A stretch of DNA of 64,000 nt. Source: Geosiphon pyriformis uo1 (taxonomy: Eukaryota; Fungi; Glomeromycota). Under the pieces are notes generated by a model. The model ran no database searches. It was given only the letters and a program-made list of their open reading frames with translations, and had not been told where the DNA came from. The DNA lies in contig JAAOMT010000379.1 in NCBI GenBank assembly GCA_016748015.1, positions 106,574-170,573 of the forward strand, written 5' to 3'. Both the position numbers and the translations under genes were made by a program. The first letter of the stretch is position 1. Each line of letters starts with the position of its first letter. Positions 1 through 13,299 of this stretch are shown here, piece by piece.

Positions 1-1240
1 TAGTTTTATTGTATTTAAATTCAATTATTTTGTTGATAATTGACAAACTATTACAGATATTACTTTAAAATTTAATTAACATATTTAGTTTTAATTATTA
101 ATTTAAAAATAAAACTAATAATCCAAAATTATTTTATTTGAAAAACTATAAAGTTTAATAATATTTTGGAAAATTAATTGAACAATATTTTTAAAGATTA
201 ACGTTTTTTTATATATTATTATAGTTTACCAATTGATTATTATAAAAATCGAATCTTTTTTATTAATAAAAAACAAATCTGTTATAAAATTTATTTATAT
301 AATAACTTAAATTTTTAAAACACTTACATTCTTTTGTATTGTAGAAATAATAAAAAAAGTATATAATAAGTTAATTAAAATAACTTAAATTTACTAAGAT
401 GTTTTTTGTTATAATATTAATAATTTTTTAAGTAGATATTTATTTATTATTTTAAAAACATTAATTAACTTAATTTTGTGTTTTTTTAAATTATGCAACT
501 ATAACCAAAAAACTTAAAAATAACAACATAAAATAAACTTTTTATAATATTAAAAATTAATTAAAAAGTTTTTATTTAATATTCTCAAAAATAATAAATT
601 GATTAATAATAATTTTTAATAATATAAAATAATATTTATTTATAATCAATATATTTTGTTAAATTGTTAATTTTTATTAATAAAACAAGAAATAATATTA
701 AAATTAATTAAAATTATTACAATTACATTAAAATTTGATTTAAATATTTAAATATTTACAAAATAATTAAAATCTTAATAAAAACTTTTGTTTTTATTAG
801 AATTAAAACCAAAATAAAACTGATTAATTAACATCTTCTTTTTTCAATTTACATTAATAAAATTTTTAAATATATGTTTAATTAACTTGTAATTAAGCAA
901 AAAAAAATTTATATAAGTATTTTTTAGCTGAATTATCTAAAAAGCTTAAACATTTAAATAAGATAAATTTATTTTATAAAAATAATAAAAATATATATAT
1001 ATAATACAGCAAAACAAATAAAACTATATAACAAATAATTAATTAATTAATCCAAAAAGTATTTAATAATTAATGTTTAATCTACTTAAAAACCAAAAAT
1101 TAGTTTAATTTTTTATATATATTTGAATATTTTTTTTAAATCTTATTATTAATTAACCAAATTAGTAAGTTAATTAAATATTCCAAAATATCTATTGAAT
1201 TTTCTTAGTATATTATAGCTTATAAGAAATAACATATAAC

Positions 1241-1735
1241 TTTTTTCACAATAAGCCTATATTTAATTATATTATAATTATATTATAAATAAACACTCTA
1301 TCAAAAATTTATATTAAATAAGTTAAATTAAAAATATCTATTTAAGTTTTTACAATTGCCGTTTTTAAAAAATGAGAAATTTTAATATTAAAAACTTTGT
1401 GTTAAATATTATGTTAAATAGTAAATTAAAAACTTATTTTATTCAATATAGAAATTTTTGTAATATAAATAATGTATAATTTTTTCACTGTAAGCCTACA
1501 TTTGATTTTTTGAAACCAGATAAATAGAAAAAAAGCTAGTTTTTATTGTAAAAAAGTGGCATTCTATTTTTTTTTGATTATATTACAAATAAACACTTTA
1601 TTAGAAATTTATATTAAATAAAGTAAATTAAATTATCTTTTAGGTTTAAGTTTTTACAATTGTTATTTAGAAAATAAAAAATTTCAATATAAAAAACTTT
1701 GTGCTGAATATCCTGTTGACTAGTGAATTAAATTA
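1241..1735. repeat. Degenerate direct repeat, two copies (~1241-1430 and ~1481-1735)
   Basis: Colinear shared words: ttttcac..taagcct, aaataaacact, tttatattaaataa, tttaagtttttacaattg, aaaaactttgtg; the second copy has an extra internal stretch. Confidence 0.55.
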
Positions 1736-1865
1736 ATTCAAAAAACTGGTTATATTAATGAAATAATCTAATCCCAAAGTAATAAAATTAAGAGTCGTAT
1801 TTTAGAAATCACTTTGGACTCAAACATTTTATGAACTTAACAGCTTTTTTATATTGTATTATCTA

Positions 1866-1884
1866 AATAATAATAATAATAATG

Positions 1885-1946
<62 letters not shown>
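1866..1946. repeat. (AAT)n microsatellite
   Basis: Near-perfect AAT run with one GAT variant. Confidence 0.95.
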
Positions 1947-1949
<3 letters not shown>

Positions 1950-2635
1950 CTACAAGAAAATTTTCGGAGAATTTCCAATCTTTAACTTTTTTAGCTTTGT
2001 TTATAGATTCTTATATAACTAAAGTAGTTGTGGAGGAATCACTGAAAGAATATATATTAATATTCGTATTGTTTAGCTCAGGTTGGGCAAACACATATGA
2101 ATCATCATTGATTCACATGTAACTTAAAACAAATTATAGGGTAAATTGCTTATCCTAAAGGTGGCAATAATACTAATAACCTTAGATTGCACCTGGTTAT
2201 TTTTAATAATAAAAGACATTTGTCATGGTTTAATTTAATCTTTAATTGAAAGTTCGAAATATATGCACAAATGGGTTGCCAAAAAGATTTGGTGAAAACA
2301 AATTTTAACTGATAAAAACACCCAAGAAAGAGAATATGTTTGTCAATTATTATTGGACAGTATTTGTGTTAGAAATTGTTTTAAGCGATTGGAATTAATG
2401 ATTATTTAAGAAGAAACAATAGTGATTAAACATATATTGTTGATAACCATTCTGAAGATCAAATTCTCCAGGAAATCAAGCAATAAGAAAGGTGCTAAAA
2501 CACCTAAAATCCAATCAGTTTTTAATGAAGTAAACTGATTCAAATGGCTAAATTAGCTTAAAACTCACAAGTATTCAACCAAAGAGGATTAAAGACATGT
2601 TATTTAGAAAAAATCCTGTTTAAGCAATGATTCGT

Positions 2636-3119
2636 NNNNNNNNNNNNNNNNNNNNNNNNNNNNNNNNNNNNNNNNNNNNNNNNNNNNNNNNNNNNNNNNN
2701 NNNNNNNNNNNNNNNNNNNNNNNNNNNNNNNNNNNNNNNNNNNNNNNNNNNNNNNNNNNNNNNNNNNNNNNNNNNNNNNNNNNNNNNNNNNNNNNNNNNN
2801 NNNNNNNNNNNNNNNNNNNNNNNNNNNNNNNNNNNNNNNNNNNNNNNNNNNNNNNNNNNNNNNNNNNNNNNNNNNNNNNNNNNNNNNNNNNNNNNNNNNN
2901 NNNNNNNNNNNNNNNNNNNNNNNNNNNNNNNNNNNNNNNNNNNNNNNNNNNNNNNNNNNNNNNNNNNNNNNNNNNNNNNNNNNNNNNNNNNNNNNNNNNN
3001 NNNNNNNNNNNNNNNNNNNNNNNNNNNNNNNNNNNNNNNNNNNNNNNNNNNNNNNNNNNNNNNNNNNNNNNNNNNNNNNNNNNNNNNNNNNNNNNNNNNN
3101 NNNNNNNNNNNNNNNNNNN
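2636..3119. other. Assembly gap (N run)
   Basis: Run of N. Confidence 1.
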
Positions 3120-3140
3120 AAACGGACCGACCCTCTCAAA

Positions 3141-4731
3141 GCGGAAGAAGTTACAACGACATGCCAAGAAGGCGAAGGTCGAGATTTTCTACAATCCGGT
3201 TAAAGTAAGTTAAATTATATAGTTAATATTTTTTAGCGGCTTCGAGATACATTGCATATATTGTTCGACAGTTGAACTTGAAGTATAGGGGCAATCATTC
3301 GCCTTTCGAGGCAAAGTCTAGGGGCTGATTGAACCCTCCCTCGCAAAGTTTTACTTTATATATTTTACCTTCAAGAATGGGTTACCAAATTATTATTGTC
3401 CTTTAGCAAGGAGAGAAAGATCCGATACGCTTTCTAAAACCTCCGAGCTATTTATAGGATGAGAAATTTTTTGTGTGTATCCTTCTTATTCTTTTTGAAA
3501 TCTATAACTCCTTGAAATATATTACCCCTTTAATATCTACATATATTCATATCTATTATATATTTTTTTCTTTGCACAAAACACAAGCGGAGACTTGCAA
3601 ACTTACAAAAAAAAGAAATCCGTGATTATATTCGGTCATGTTGGGTTTATGAGGACATTAAACCTGACGATCTTATCGAAAAACTTTTCGAAGATAAATT
3701 TCAAAGACATTACCGAAATAAATTCAACCGATTTAATTTCCAATGACAATAAAGAATTCTCGGTACCCACTCAATATTTAGAGTTGTTGGAGTATGAAAT
3801 TTTTCACGCTAGAGACCCTTTTAGATCAAACCTCTTCAGAACTGTGGAAAAAGTTTGAACAGTGGGCAGGTTTTGAAAAGAATAAAAATTTCGACATCAT
3901 TGCTATCACCTATGGAAAAAAAACAAAGCACGCATACGAACTACATATGGAAGCCCAAAAAAGTCCTATGGAACTTTATGATATCCCGAATGTGTTCCTA
4001 TGCCGTCCGAACGATAAACTTTTTATAGCGAATGAAGCAACTAAGAAGATTGCGGGTGACGTTCATCTAGACGGTTACAAGTATGTTTCTAAACCTAGGT
4101 GTTTTAAAAATGCAATTGGTGAAACGATGATAGATTTCTTCGATCTCAACAACCACCTGGCCGTAAAGACTGCACGAGTGATAGTAGATCAACATTATAA
4201 ACAAACCTTAGTGAGCCTTCTCATCGATCTAACCAATTCATCAAGGATTTAATAGAACATTTCGGTTGTTTTACCGATAATAATAATATACCATATGTCA
4301 CTTCGAATCCTGCTTTTACACATTCCCAGGAGCATCGTAAGTGTGTTCAGGATTTGATTCGAGGACTTCAGCCACTTTCCGACGCAGTAAACAATTATAT
4401 TAACAACGCATATCCAGCATTATACGCTAAAATGAAAAAACTCAACTTACGTCTTAACACTCCTAAATTTTTTGGAGCCTTCCCCACTATTAGTATTAAC
4501 TTTAATAGCATCTGCCAATTTCATCGAGATCTAAAAGATCATCTTAATACACTCTGTATCGTCTGCCCTCTCAGAACGTTTGAGGGTGGGCATCTAGCAT
4601 TTCCTGAACTAAAGTTGGCAGTTATGGTGAAGCAAGGGAAAATGAATAAAGCGGGATATAGCGATTTGTCTTCGGCTAGGAAATTAAAAATTTTTTCTAG
4701 TTATTCAGGCCATAGTAAATACAGTATATAA
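3141..4731 (+). pseudogene. TET/JBP-family 2OG-Fe(II) dioxygenase pseudogene, copy A (CpG-rich, frameshifted, distal catalytic strands missing)
   Basis: ORFs 3595-3858, 3794-4252 and 4354-4731 join through 1-nt frameshifts near 3820 and 4204. The C-terminal part AFPTISINFNSICQFHRDLKD...FEGGHLAFPELKLAVMVKQG matches the TET/JBP pattern (F-x-T-x-x-x-N...HxD, then GG-x-L-x-F-P-E). Homology to copy B stops at ~4638, before the distal His. Confidence 0.7.
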
Positions 4732-5314
4732 CGAGGTAATAAAAAATACTTATCTTTAATTTAGGGAGGCTTAACCTCGTTGCTCCGCAACCCCGAAATC
4801 TCTCACGATTCTTGCTCTAACACGCGTGTCCATAGAGTAAAATCCATGGTTCGTAGTTACGCGCGTCTGATCGCATATATTCTATAAACGATAATTGCCT
4901 CGACTAAAGTCGAGTTTTTCGCACGTGTTATATATGCTAATTTATCCGCTTCACGGAATCGGAGATAAGTCAGCGACTCGCGAAACCTTTGATTTCCTCT
5001 CCTTATACCAATTTATTTTTGTATATGTCCCTTCGAGTAAATAAAATACTGCTAAACCCGAGTTTCTGTGAAACAGATCTCATGTGCTACAGATATTGTG
5101 AATAGTGCCGATTCGGACTTGCCAATCATAAGCTAGCTAGTAGACTGCTGATTGTTTTAGCTCGTGACTCATGCATTTTCTTTGTGAAGTTTTTTTTTCC
5201 CAAATCTACTATTCCCATACTTGGACGAGACAGAGAAAAACGTTTTAAAATAACAGTATATCTACATTATGTTTATTTATTGCTCTCTACTCAAAAACTT
5301 TTACAACTGAAAAT

Positions 5315-7437
5315 ATGTCGACTATTGTATTTAACAAAATTTTTGACTTTATGAGAGATGAACCAGTGAAGCATGTCACAGCAGGGTCAGTAATTTATAT
5401 AGGCACAGAAGACGATCAAACAATATCAAAAGATGAACTCTTAAAGCTGACAATTGATGCAATTCGGTCCATGAAAAACATTGCTGGTGAAGATTCTGAA
5501 CGCTTTAGAAAGATTTCTAATATTCCTTTAGAGGTTAGTTATTCTCTTTTTTAGACATTTTTTATACATTATGATGACAACGCAGATATCACTTGACAAA
5601 GTCAAAATAAATACCCGAGCCTACAAGTACATCAAGTTGCGACTTTCGAACGTAGTGAAAGGTGTTTCGACTCCGTGGAGTAATATTTAGATAAGTTAGA
5701 GTCCTTGTGGCGGCCGAACAAGGATGACAACTTTAGGATATTTCTGATTGTGCGTGCAAATGGAGGGAGATAATATATACATTATCAAGTTATACTAACA
5801 AAATATTATTCTGCATCAGTTTGAATGCGCCTATGAAACCATCTGTAGTCTACGTGATATCAAGGCGTTAAAAATGGTATGACAGATTACTTTTTGTAAC
5901 AATAATATCTATGAATTTAAACTAATATGTATATATATATAAAGAGTAAACAAGTTCTTGATAATGATACGATAAAGAAAAATAGAAGATATTTACAAGG
6001 GAGACTTTCAAGTGATTCTTCTTCCCTTTCTGTGGAACTCTATGAAAACATGAAAAATATTTCCATTACAAATCTAACCTGGAAAGATCCTCTAGCTAGT
6101 CGAATTATAAGTGATGATTCCATCATTGTAGAAAATTTGTCACCTAAACAGCATCAAGAGTTTTTGGTAAGAATAACTTCGTTTTTCTCTGTTGTAATTA
6201 AAATTTTAATTAAATTGATCTTTCAACAGAAACCAGCACATAATATGGTCGTCACACTCCCAAACTCGGTCCAAGATAAATGCCATGAGTTCGTATTAAG
6301 GTTTTCAGAAAAATATACTAAAGATTTATGTATAAAACTTGTGCATAATGAGAAATGGAAAGAGTCAGACGAAATTCTTATGGGGGTTACAGATAATATT
6401 CTTGATGTATTGTAAGTAGTTTTCAAAACGGATAAAGTTATAGAATCCTTGAATTGATAATTTTATATTATTGATTATCAGGGATGATGTTTGGATGAAT
6501 CCAGCATTTGGACCAGAACTTATGAAAACACAAAGTGAAGAAACATACATAACAAACATAATAATTCCTTTGATTCGAGCATCATTGAAAGGGCTTCCAT
6601 ATAGGCAATTTGGATTTATAAGCACGTAAGTTGTTTATTATAAGTGATAATATATTTATCACCACCAAATTCACATTTTTAGAAAATTACTATAGTGCGG
6701 AGCGACAAAGCATTGCCAGTGCAGATAGGAAAGAGGATGGATATTTCAGAAAACGACCAGATTTTATGTACTTACAAAAACAGGAAGGCAGGATATTTGA
6801 GCTGGTATTTGGTGAATGCTCACGTTTATTATGTAGTGATACCAAAAAAAAGGAAGATGAAATTAAATTGTGGAGGGAATTGAATGATGGACTTTTTTGG
6901 GTACGACAAGGGTGTAAACTAGAAAATGATCAATTTGGTGTTGTAGGAATTCAGGTAGCAGGTAAAGTCTTGGTATTGTAAGATTATTTCAGAATTTTTC
7001 ATTGTTTGTCAATTTAATAACAAAATATGATATTATAGGGACTGAGATCCAATTGAATGTACTTATCAAAGACAATCTCGATATACACCGATATTATCAT
7101 CTGAAAAAAACCCAAATTCCAATACAGTGGTCTAAACAAGCTTTATCAACCTTACCTGAATTTGTTGAACTATTGTTGAATTTACGGGTATTTATTCTAA
7201 TACATCAAATTTTATTTATATGTACAACAAAAGTAATTTTATTTTATATAGAATATCCTGGTCGTTAATTTATCTCTGTTAATGCAAGTACCTATAAGTA
7301 AAACGCATCGTGTCGAAAAAAGTATCACCATATCATCACTTAGAAAAGAAATACCTGACGAACAAAACAAAAAGAGACAGAGAAGATCCAAGAAAACATT
7401 AGGATCTATTAAGCATAGAAAAACTGCATATTTTTAG
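5315..7437 (+). CDS. Nine-exon Crinkler-like gene with a predicted PD-(D/E)xK nuclease fold; one apparent frameshift
   Basis: GT..AG introns link approximate exons 5315-5533, 5586-5749, 5820-5876, 5945-6166, 6230-6411, 6482-6624, 6696-6961, 7039-7187 and 7253-7437. Motifs ERQSIASADRK, KRPDFM..FELVFGECS, KLWRE; basic C-terminal tail. One base is missing near 5687 (aatatttag). Confidence 0.65.
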
Positions 7438-7803
7438 AATATAAATACTATAAATGATTGCTTTGTATTTCTATTTGTAATAATAAGAACTTGGTTATTT
7501 TAGGTGTAATCACGTTGGTTATTTTTTTTCCAGATAATATGGAGTGCAGTCTGATTTATCAGCCACATGATCTAGTCTAAAGTCGTGCAACCCAAAATAG
7601 ATTTATATAGATATATCTCGAAATAGATTTTACAAGTGTCTTTTATAATTGAAAGCATAATATCAAGCTCTACTCATCCAATTTAAAAGATGTATTCTAT
7701 GAGTTGGAGATTCGCTCTTTATGGAAAGCACAAAGTGATATTGTTCTACAATCTTCAAGTTTCATCATAATAGAATCTAACTATCAAGCTTTAATGGCTG
7801 GTT

Positions 7804-8430
7804 CTAACCTTTGCAAAAATAAAAAGGGTCCTCTTTTGGTCTAGTCAACAAATTGTCAGCTTTGCAAATTTGTATAATATAACTCAGATTCTTTTTTATT
7901 AATTTTGGACAGTTGAAAAAACTTTGTGTTACATAGATTGAACTAATGTTAAAGTAATGTCTCTTAGTAAAGTAAGGGACAATTTTCTCTTGTATTTTTT
8001 TAGGCTCAGTACATAGACTTTCAAATATAATCACTGTCCCTCTTTCGGAAGAAAACTCATCAATTTTTGGTATTTTTTCAGACTTCATTGATCAGAATGT
8101 AATATTTTCTTGATATTACTTTGGACTATTTAAAATTATTCAGTAACAATCCTTTAGGTATCTATATTTCAGCTCCTTAAGATAATGTCCAATCAAAACC
8201 AGATTATCATTTTTAATATAGTATATTCCACCTTTTTTCCTATTAAATATTCGATACATCTTGTTTCCAAGTAAAAGACTAATAACTTCATTAGTTTTCC
8301 CCAATCTAGTTTGCCCTGAAACCACCATAGTAAATGACCATTGGCATGTTAAATTTAATCCATTAAACTTCTCTAAATGTTTGTATTTATCTACATTCAA
8401 AACTATTTTCTCAACTCGATCAAGCTTCAT
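7804..8430 (-). pseudogene. A32-like (FtsK/HerA) genome-packaging ATPase relic, Polinton/Maverick-type
   Basis: Walker [15 protein letters not shown], Walker B-like TVIIFES, then [28 protein letters not shown], matching the family pattern RHxNIS..TQ..P..IR.N. Broken by stops and deletions. Confidence 0.75.
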
Positions 8431-9527
8431 TTTAATAAAGATAAGTACTAAATATTAGATCAAAAATTAAAGATCTTTATTGCTATATATATACCGAATT
8501 TTTTATTTGCAGAGCAAAGACACTTATGTGCCCTTTGATAAATTATCATTTCGCAAGTAACTTTTCTCTCGCAATATATGCAGAATATAGGAGAAGGGTC
8601 TGCTGTATGTGGAATCTCAATGAGATCTATATCTTTTCACTTACATATATCCCGTTTTTTTTGTCTTGCAGTTGCTGATTTGTCAAATTACTTTTACCAT
8701 CAGTTTAGTAGTATAAATAATAAACACTATAATATTGAGATTCTTGGTATTCCTATGCCAATTTTAGCTTTTTATCATATCTATCAGATCAAAGCCCATC
8801 TAAAAATTTAGCCTTATGAGAAAATTGTGTCTGAAATTTTACATAATGTGTTCAGAATTTTATGAAGTCATATGTAATAATCAGGAGCATATTAAAAATC
8901 TCATCTCGTATATGTCAAGACTGCATAGAAAACCATTTGGAATTCATTAGGAATTATGAGTCTACATATATAATACAGAATTTTTAAATGCACATTGAAC
9001 TCCATACTTTAAATTCAGATGTGTTGTATTTCTCATATAAATTTTATATGTTTCAATGTGATGCATTCAAAAATTCATATCGAATTCTTAGATAACTTAT
9101 AATGGCATATTATGTATATGAAATCTCTTAGTACAAATTCACTAGTTGTAATAATGCTACTATTTGGATATTACAAAAAGAAAAAAGTGCTAAGCCATAG
9201 AATAGTACTATGATAAGTTGTATAAAAAAAAAGCTTTCTTTTGAAGAAAATATATTTTAACTAGAATTATTTTTCTTAGTATCAATTTCAATTCAGAAAA
9301 TTGTTACAAATCTATTCAAATAAAAATTCACTTTAAAAATTCAAAATTCTTAATTATTACTCTTTCAAAATTACCAATAATTAAAACTAACATTTTAAAA
9401 TTGATTAGCTACTAATTTCAGTAACTGTTAGTACTTCCAGGCTTGAATTAGAAATGACTTCTTGGAATGTAATTTTATTACTTTTTTTCTTTAAATTTTC
9501 TTTAATTCTTTTATATTATTAGATAGT

Positions 9528-9650
9528 TTACAGTTGAGATTTTCTGTAGAAAAGTTGACTTTTACAGCAAAATAACTACATATTATTGAGGAGCTTACAG
9601 CTTAAAAATTCTTGTAAAAGAGTTAATCTTTACTGCAAAGTAACTACATT
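9528..9650. repeat. Short degenerate tandem duplication (~67 bp period)
   Basis: ttacag...aactacat occurs from 9528 and again from 9595. Confidence 0.5.
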
Positions 9651-10410
9651 AGTAATTCACATGAAATTTGGCCATTCCATTATAAGTCTAACAACAAACA
9701 TAGTCCAAAGTATCTTTTTATACTTTGGAAGATAAATTAGCTTATTGAAGATTTACCAGCTTCTATTAATAACAGAATTAACAGTAAAACAACATTGATA
9801 ACATTAAAAAAAAAAGATAAAAAACTTTTAATAACATTAAGTGCTTTTTTAAGAACAATACAACAACAATTAAATTAAATTGAAGATCATATTTGACATA
9901 AAAATTCTAGAATATTATCAGTCAATTTACATCTGCTGCAAACAAAAATTTGGAATACAATATAGAATCAAAGTTGTTAAGAAAATGCTTTTTTAATACA
10001 TAAAAAATTGAGTCAATAATTATTTCTTTAAAAATTACAATATTACAAAAGTTAAATAAAATCTTTTTAAAAACTTACTTTTACTATTTAAATGTAAAAT
10101 CAGAAGTCATTAGTGCAAATATTTGCATTATTTATTTCCAAAAACTTCATATTTAGTTAAACAACTTTTAACATATCAAAAAGCATTGCTAAATACTTAT
10201 TAATATTATGAATTAACAATCAACAACTCTGCTATTTTTACACACAAATTAGCTATCTTACTATATTTAAAGACCAAAATTTTTATTAAACTGCATTTTT
10301 GCAATAAAATTGCAGTTTAAACACAAAGCCTTTTTCACAATATTAAAATTTTATTAGCCAAAATAGCTCAAAACAATAACTTATCTAATATTTTTCAATT
10401 TAAAACCGAT

Positions 10411-11200
10411 AAATCACCATTTTTGTTAAATAATATAACTATTTTTGAACAAAAAACAATTACTATAATGTACCCTAAAGTTAAAATTAAAAGAAAATTA
10501 ATTTGGTTAATCTTAAATATTAAATTTACTAAAAGTATTATTATTTATCAGTTAATACAAAACTCAAACAAGATGTTAATAAACCAATTCAAACAGTAAT
10601 TATTATTGCTAATAGTATAAAAAAAATACTAATCTAAAAAAGTCGAATACATTGAGTAAATCTTAGAATTTGCTAGATTAAGTTACAAAAATAAAGTTGA
10701 ATTATACTATATAATATTTAATTATTGTTACTTACTAAAAAAAACCCAAATTCAATATTTAAAACAAATAAACATTCAATTATGTGAAAAATACATTATG
10801 TTTACAATAACCAGTAATGTTTAAAATACTATATTATTAGCATACCATTACTTACTAAAGAAAATAAATATAAAATTGAATTTAAAAAATTAAAATTAGA
10901 AAAAAAAATCTCAATAATGTTAATTTATCTTATCAAAAGCTTATTTGCATTACAACTCAAGTATTTTAACAACAATAAGCAAAAAATTAAACCAGAAAAA
11001 GCCCACAAAATAGATGCTAAATATGATTTACGATATTTAGAAAAAGATATCTTGGTTTTACAACCAAAATTATTAACAAAATTAATTTTAAAATTGTTTT
11101 AAAATCTCACTAGGAGCAATAGTGCAAATTATTTTTCAATCATTATTGACAAGCAAAATTAATATGAGAAAAATAATTATAGATATTAAATATACAGAAA
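10411..11200 (+). mobile_element. Highly decayed LTR-retrotransposon fragment: aspartic protease plus dUTPase
   Basis: LIWLILNIKFTKSII reads as a mutated LILDSGSAGSII protease motif. EKAHKIDAKYDL, VQIIFQSLL and IIIDIKYT read as dUTPase motifs 1-3 (DAGYDL, RSS, GIIDAGYTG) after mainly G>A/C>T changes. Confidence 0.6.
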
Positions 11201-13299
11201 AACTTAAAAATTTAAATTAACTAAATAATTTACAATTCTAATAAATATAGTTTTTATTATACTATATGATTTTGGAAAAGTTTATATTAGAATTTTTTAA
11301 TCATTTTTCTGATTTTATAAAGATGTAAATAATAATTCATCTTTAAATATAGTTTTGGCTAACCAATAAGTTTTTTGCCAATCTTAAAAAAGATTGGTTT
11401 AGAAAGCAAAATAATAAATAATAAATAATAAATAATAATTATTTTTTAAAATTAAGAAACTGATTTAATGGTCTTTCTAGCAATAATTTTAATGTTTACA
11501 TTGAACTTGGAATACATTTAGTTATTATAATAAATCAAACCATTAATTTTTAAATTTATATAAATTTTTAATTTCTAAATCACCAAAATTCAAGAAATCA
11601 CTAAAGTTTACATTTTTGGTTAAAATTCTCTAATTTTTTAAGTAAACTTAAAAATATTTAACTTGAACAATGTTAAGAAACAAAATTATAAGTTTTTTGT
11701 TTAAGAGCTTTTTGTTAGTAGCAGTAGTAGTGAAAAAACGGCAAAAAAAAGCCAAAAACCAGTTTTATTAAATATTTTAAATAAGTATAGAAAGCCAAAG
11801 AATGCTAAAAATGCTCAAAATTTTGGTAATAACAAGAAAAAAATTGCAACATTGAACAGTAAAGCAATGTTTAATAAAGGGTATTAAAAAAAAGCAGATT
11901 GGAAAAGCAGATTATAAATGACATGTTGACACAACTGGCAAAAGTAAAAAATTTGAAATACTTGTTGAAAACTTAACAAAAAATTAGGAAAAAGAATTTT
12001 ATTAATCAAGATACAAAACTTAAAAAAATAATATATATTTTTGTAAATAGCTATATTCTTATTGCTGTCTCTTATTCAAAAGTGCTTATTCAATGTTAGT
12101 GTTAGAAATTTTTTACTTTAAATATTAATTTTATATTGCTATTGCAAGTTTGGCCAAAGAAAATATTTTAATTGTAATTAATACTATTAAATCTGTGCAA
12201 ATATGTTTATATTGAACTTTATAAAGGTATTTTCTTTCATCTAATAAATAATATTTCCTTTCTACCTAATTTTGATTATGTGGTAAAGTTTTTCTCAAAT
12301 GTAAATCACAATAATCAGTTTTTTTTTTATATTCTTTTTTCCTTGAACTAATGTTGTTTAACTATAAATAATCTAAGTTGTTTTAGTACTCAAAGACATC
12401 AAATAAATTTTCTATTGTCTTTTTGCTTAAACAAATAGTTCTAACAGATCTGTAAATAAAAGCTTAACCACTGTTACTTAAATACAATAAACTAATTCAA
12501 AAACATAATACCCAAAGAAACATCATGAATTTACAATTAATTAGCATTTATCAAATAACCTATTAATTTAGATATAAAGATTTCAAATAAAAATTAATAT
12601 AAAGACCAGAGGCAAAATTTATTTTTTTAAAGCACAAATTAGAAAAGTTTTATATATATATTTTAATATGCAAATTAATAATGAAGTGTATAAGAGTTTC
12701 ATATTTAAAAAATAGTATTCTAGGTTTTTAAGAGTTTTTGAAAATAATAAGTTGACCAGTTTGAAACTTGTAAATTTTTTTAATTATATATTAAAAAAAA
12801 TTCAATATAATAGCCAAGCTAAAAATAGAATAAAAAAAAACAAATTAATTAAAAATATGGACTTGAAATTTGTTAATAATAATAATAAAAGAAGATAATT
12901 AGAAATAGAGTATTGTTTTAGAACAATTAAGATTTATAAATTTGAAAAATCTACATATTTGGTTTCAAATATATGAAATATAGTTAATTAATTTTTTTTT
13001 AGATACAACAGTTGGTTTAAATTTCAGATTAAAATATATTTATATAGCCATCTTAAGTCTACACAGCAATAACTTATTATTATAAAAACATTATTTTCTA
13101 TACTGTGCAATAAAAAACATAAATTAATACAATATATTTTATTATAAAATTTCAATGAGCTAATTTATTATACTTATTGAGATGATTCTGCTTATAGTTT
13201 TTAATTTTATTGTAAATTTTTGAGAATCCAACTTAGGAGGAGAATATTTTTGCGGTTTCTTATTGTGCCTTTTAATATTATTCACAATTAAGTAAGTAT

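Noticed and set aside
2600-3208. Long ORFs spanning the first gap
   Set aside because: Artefacts of the N run.
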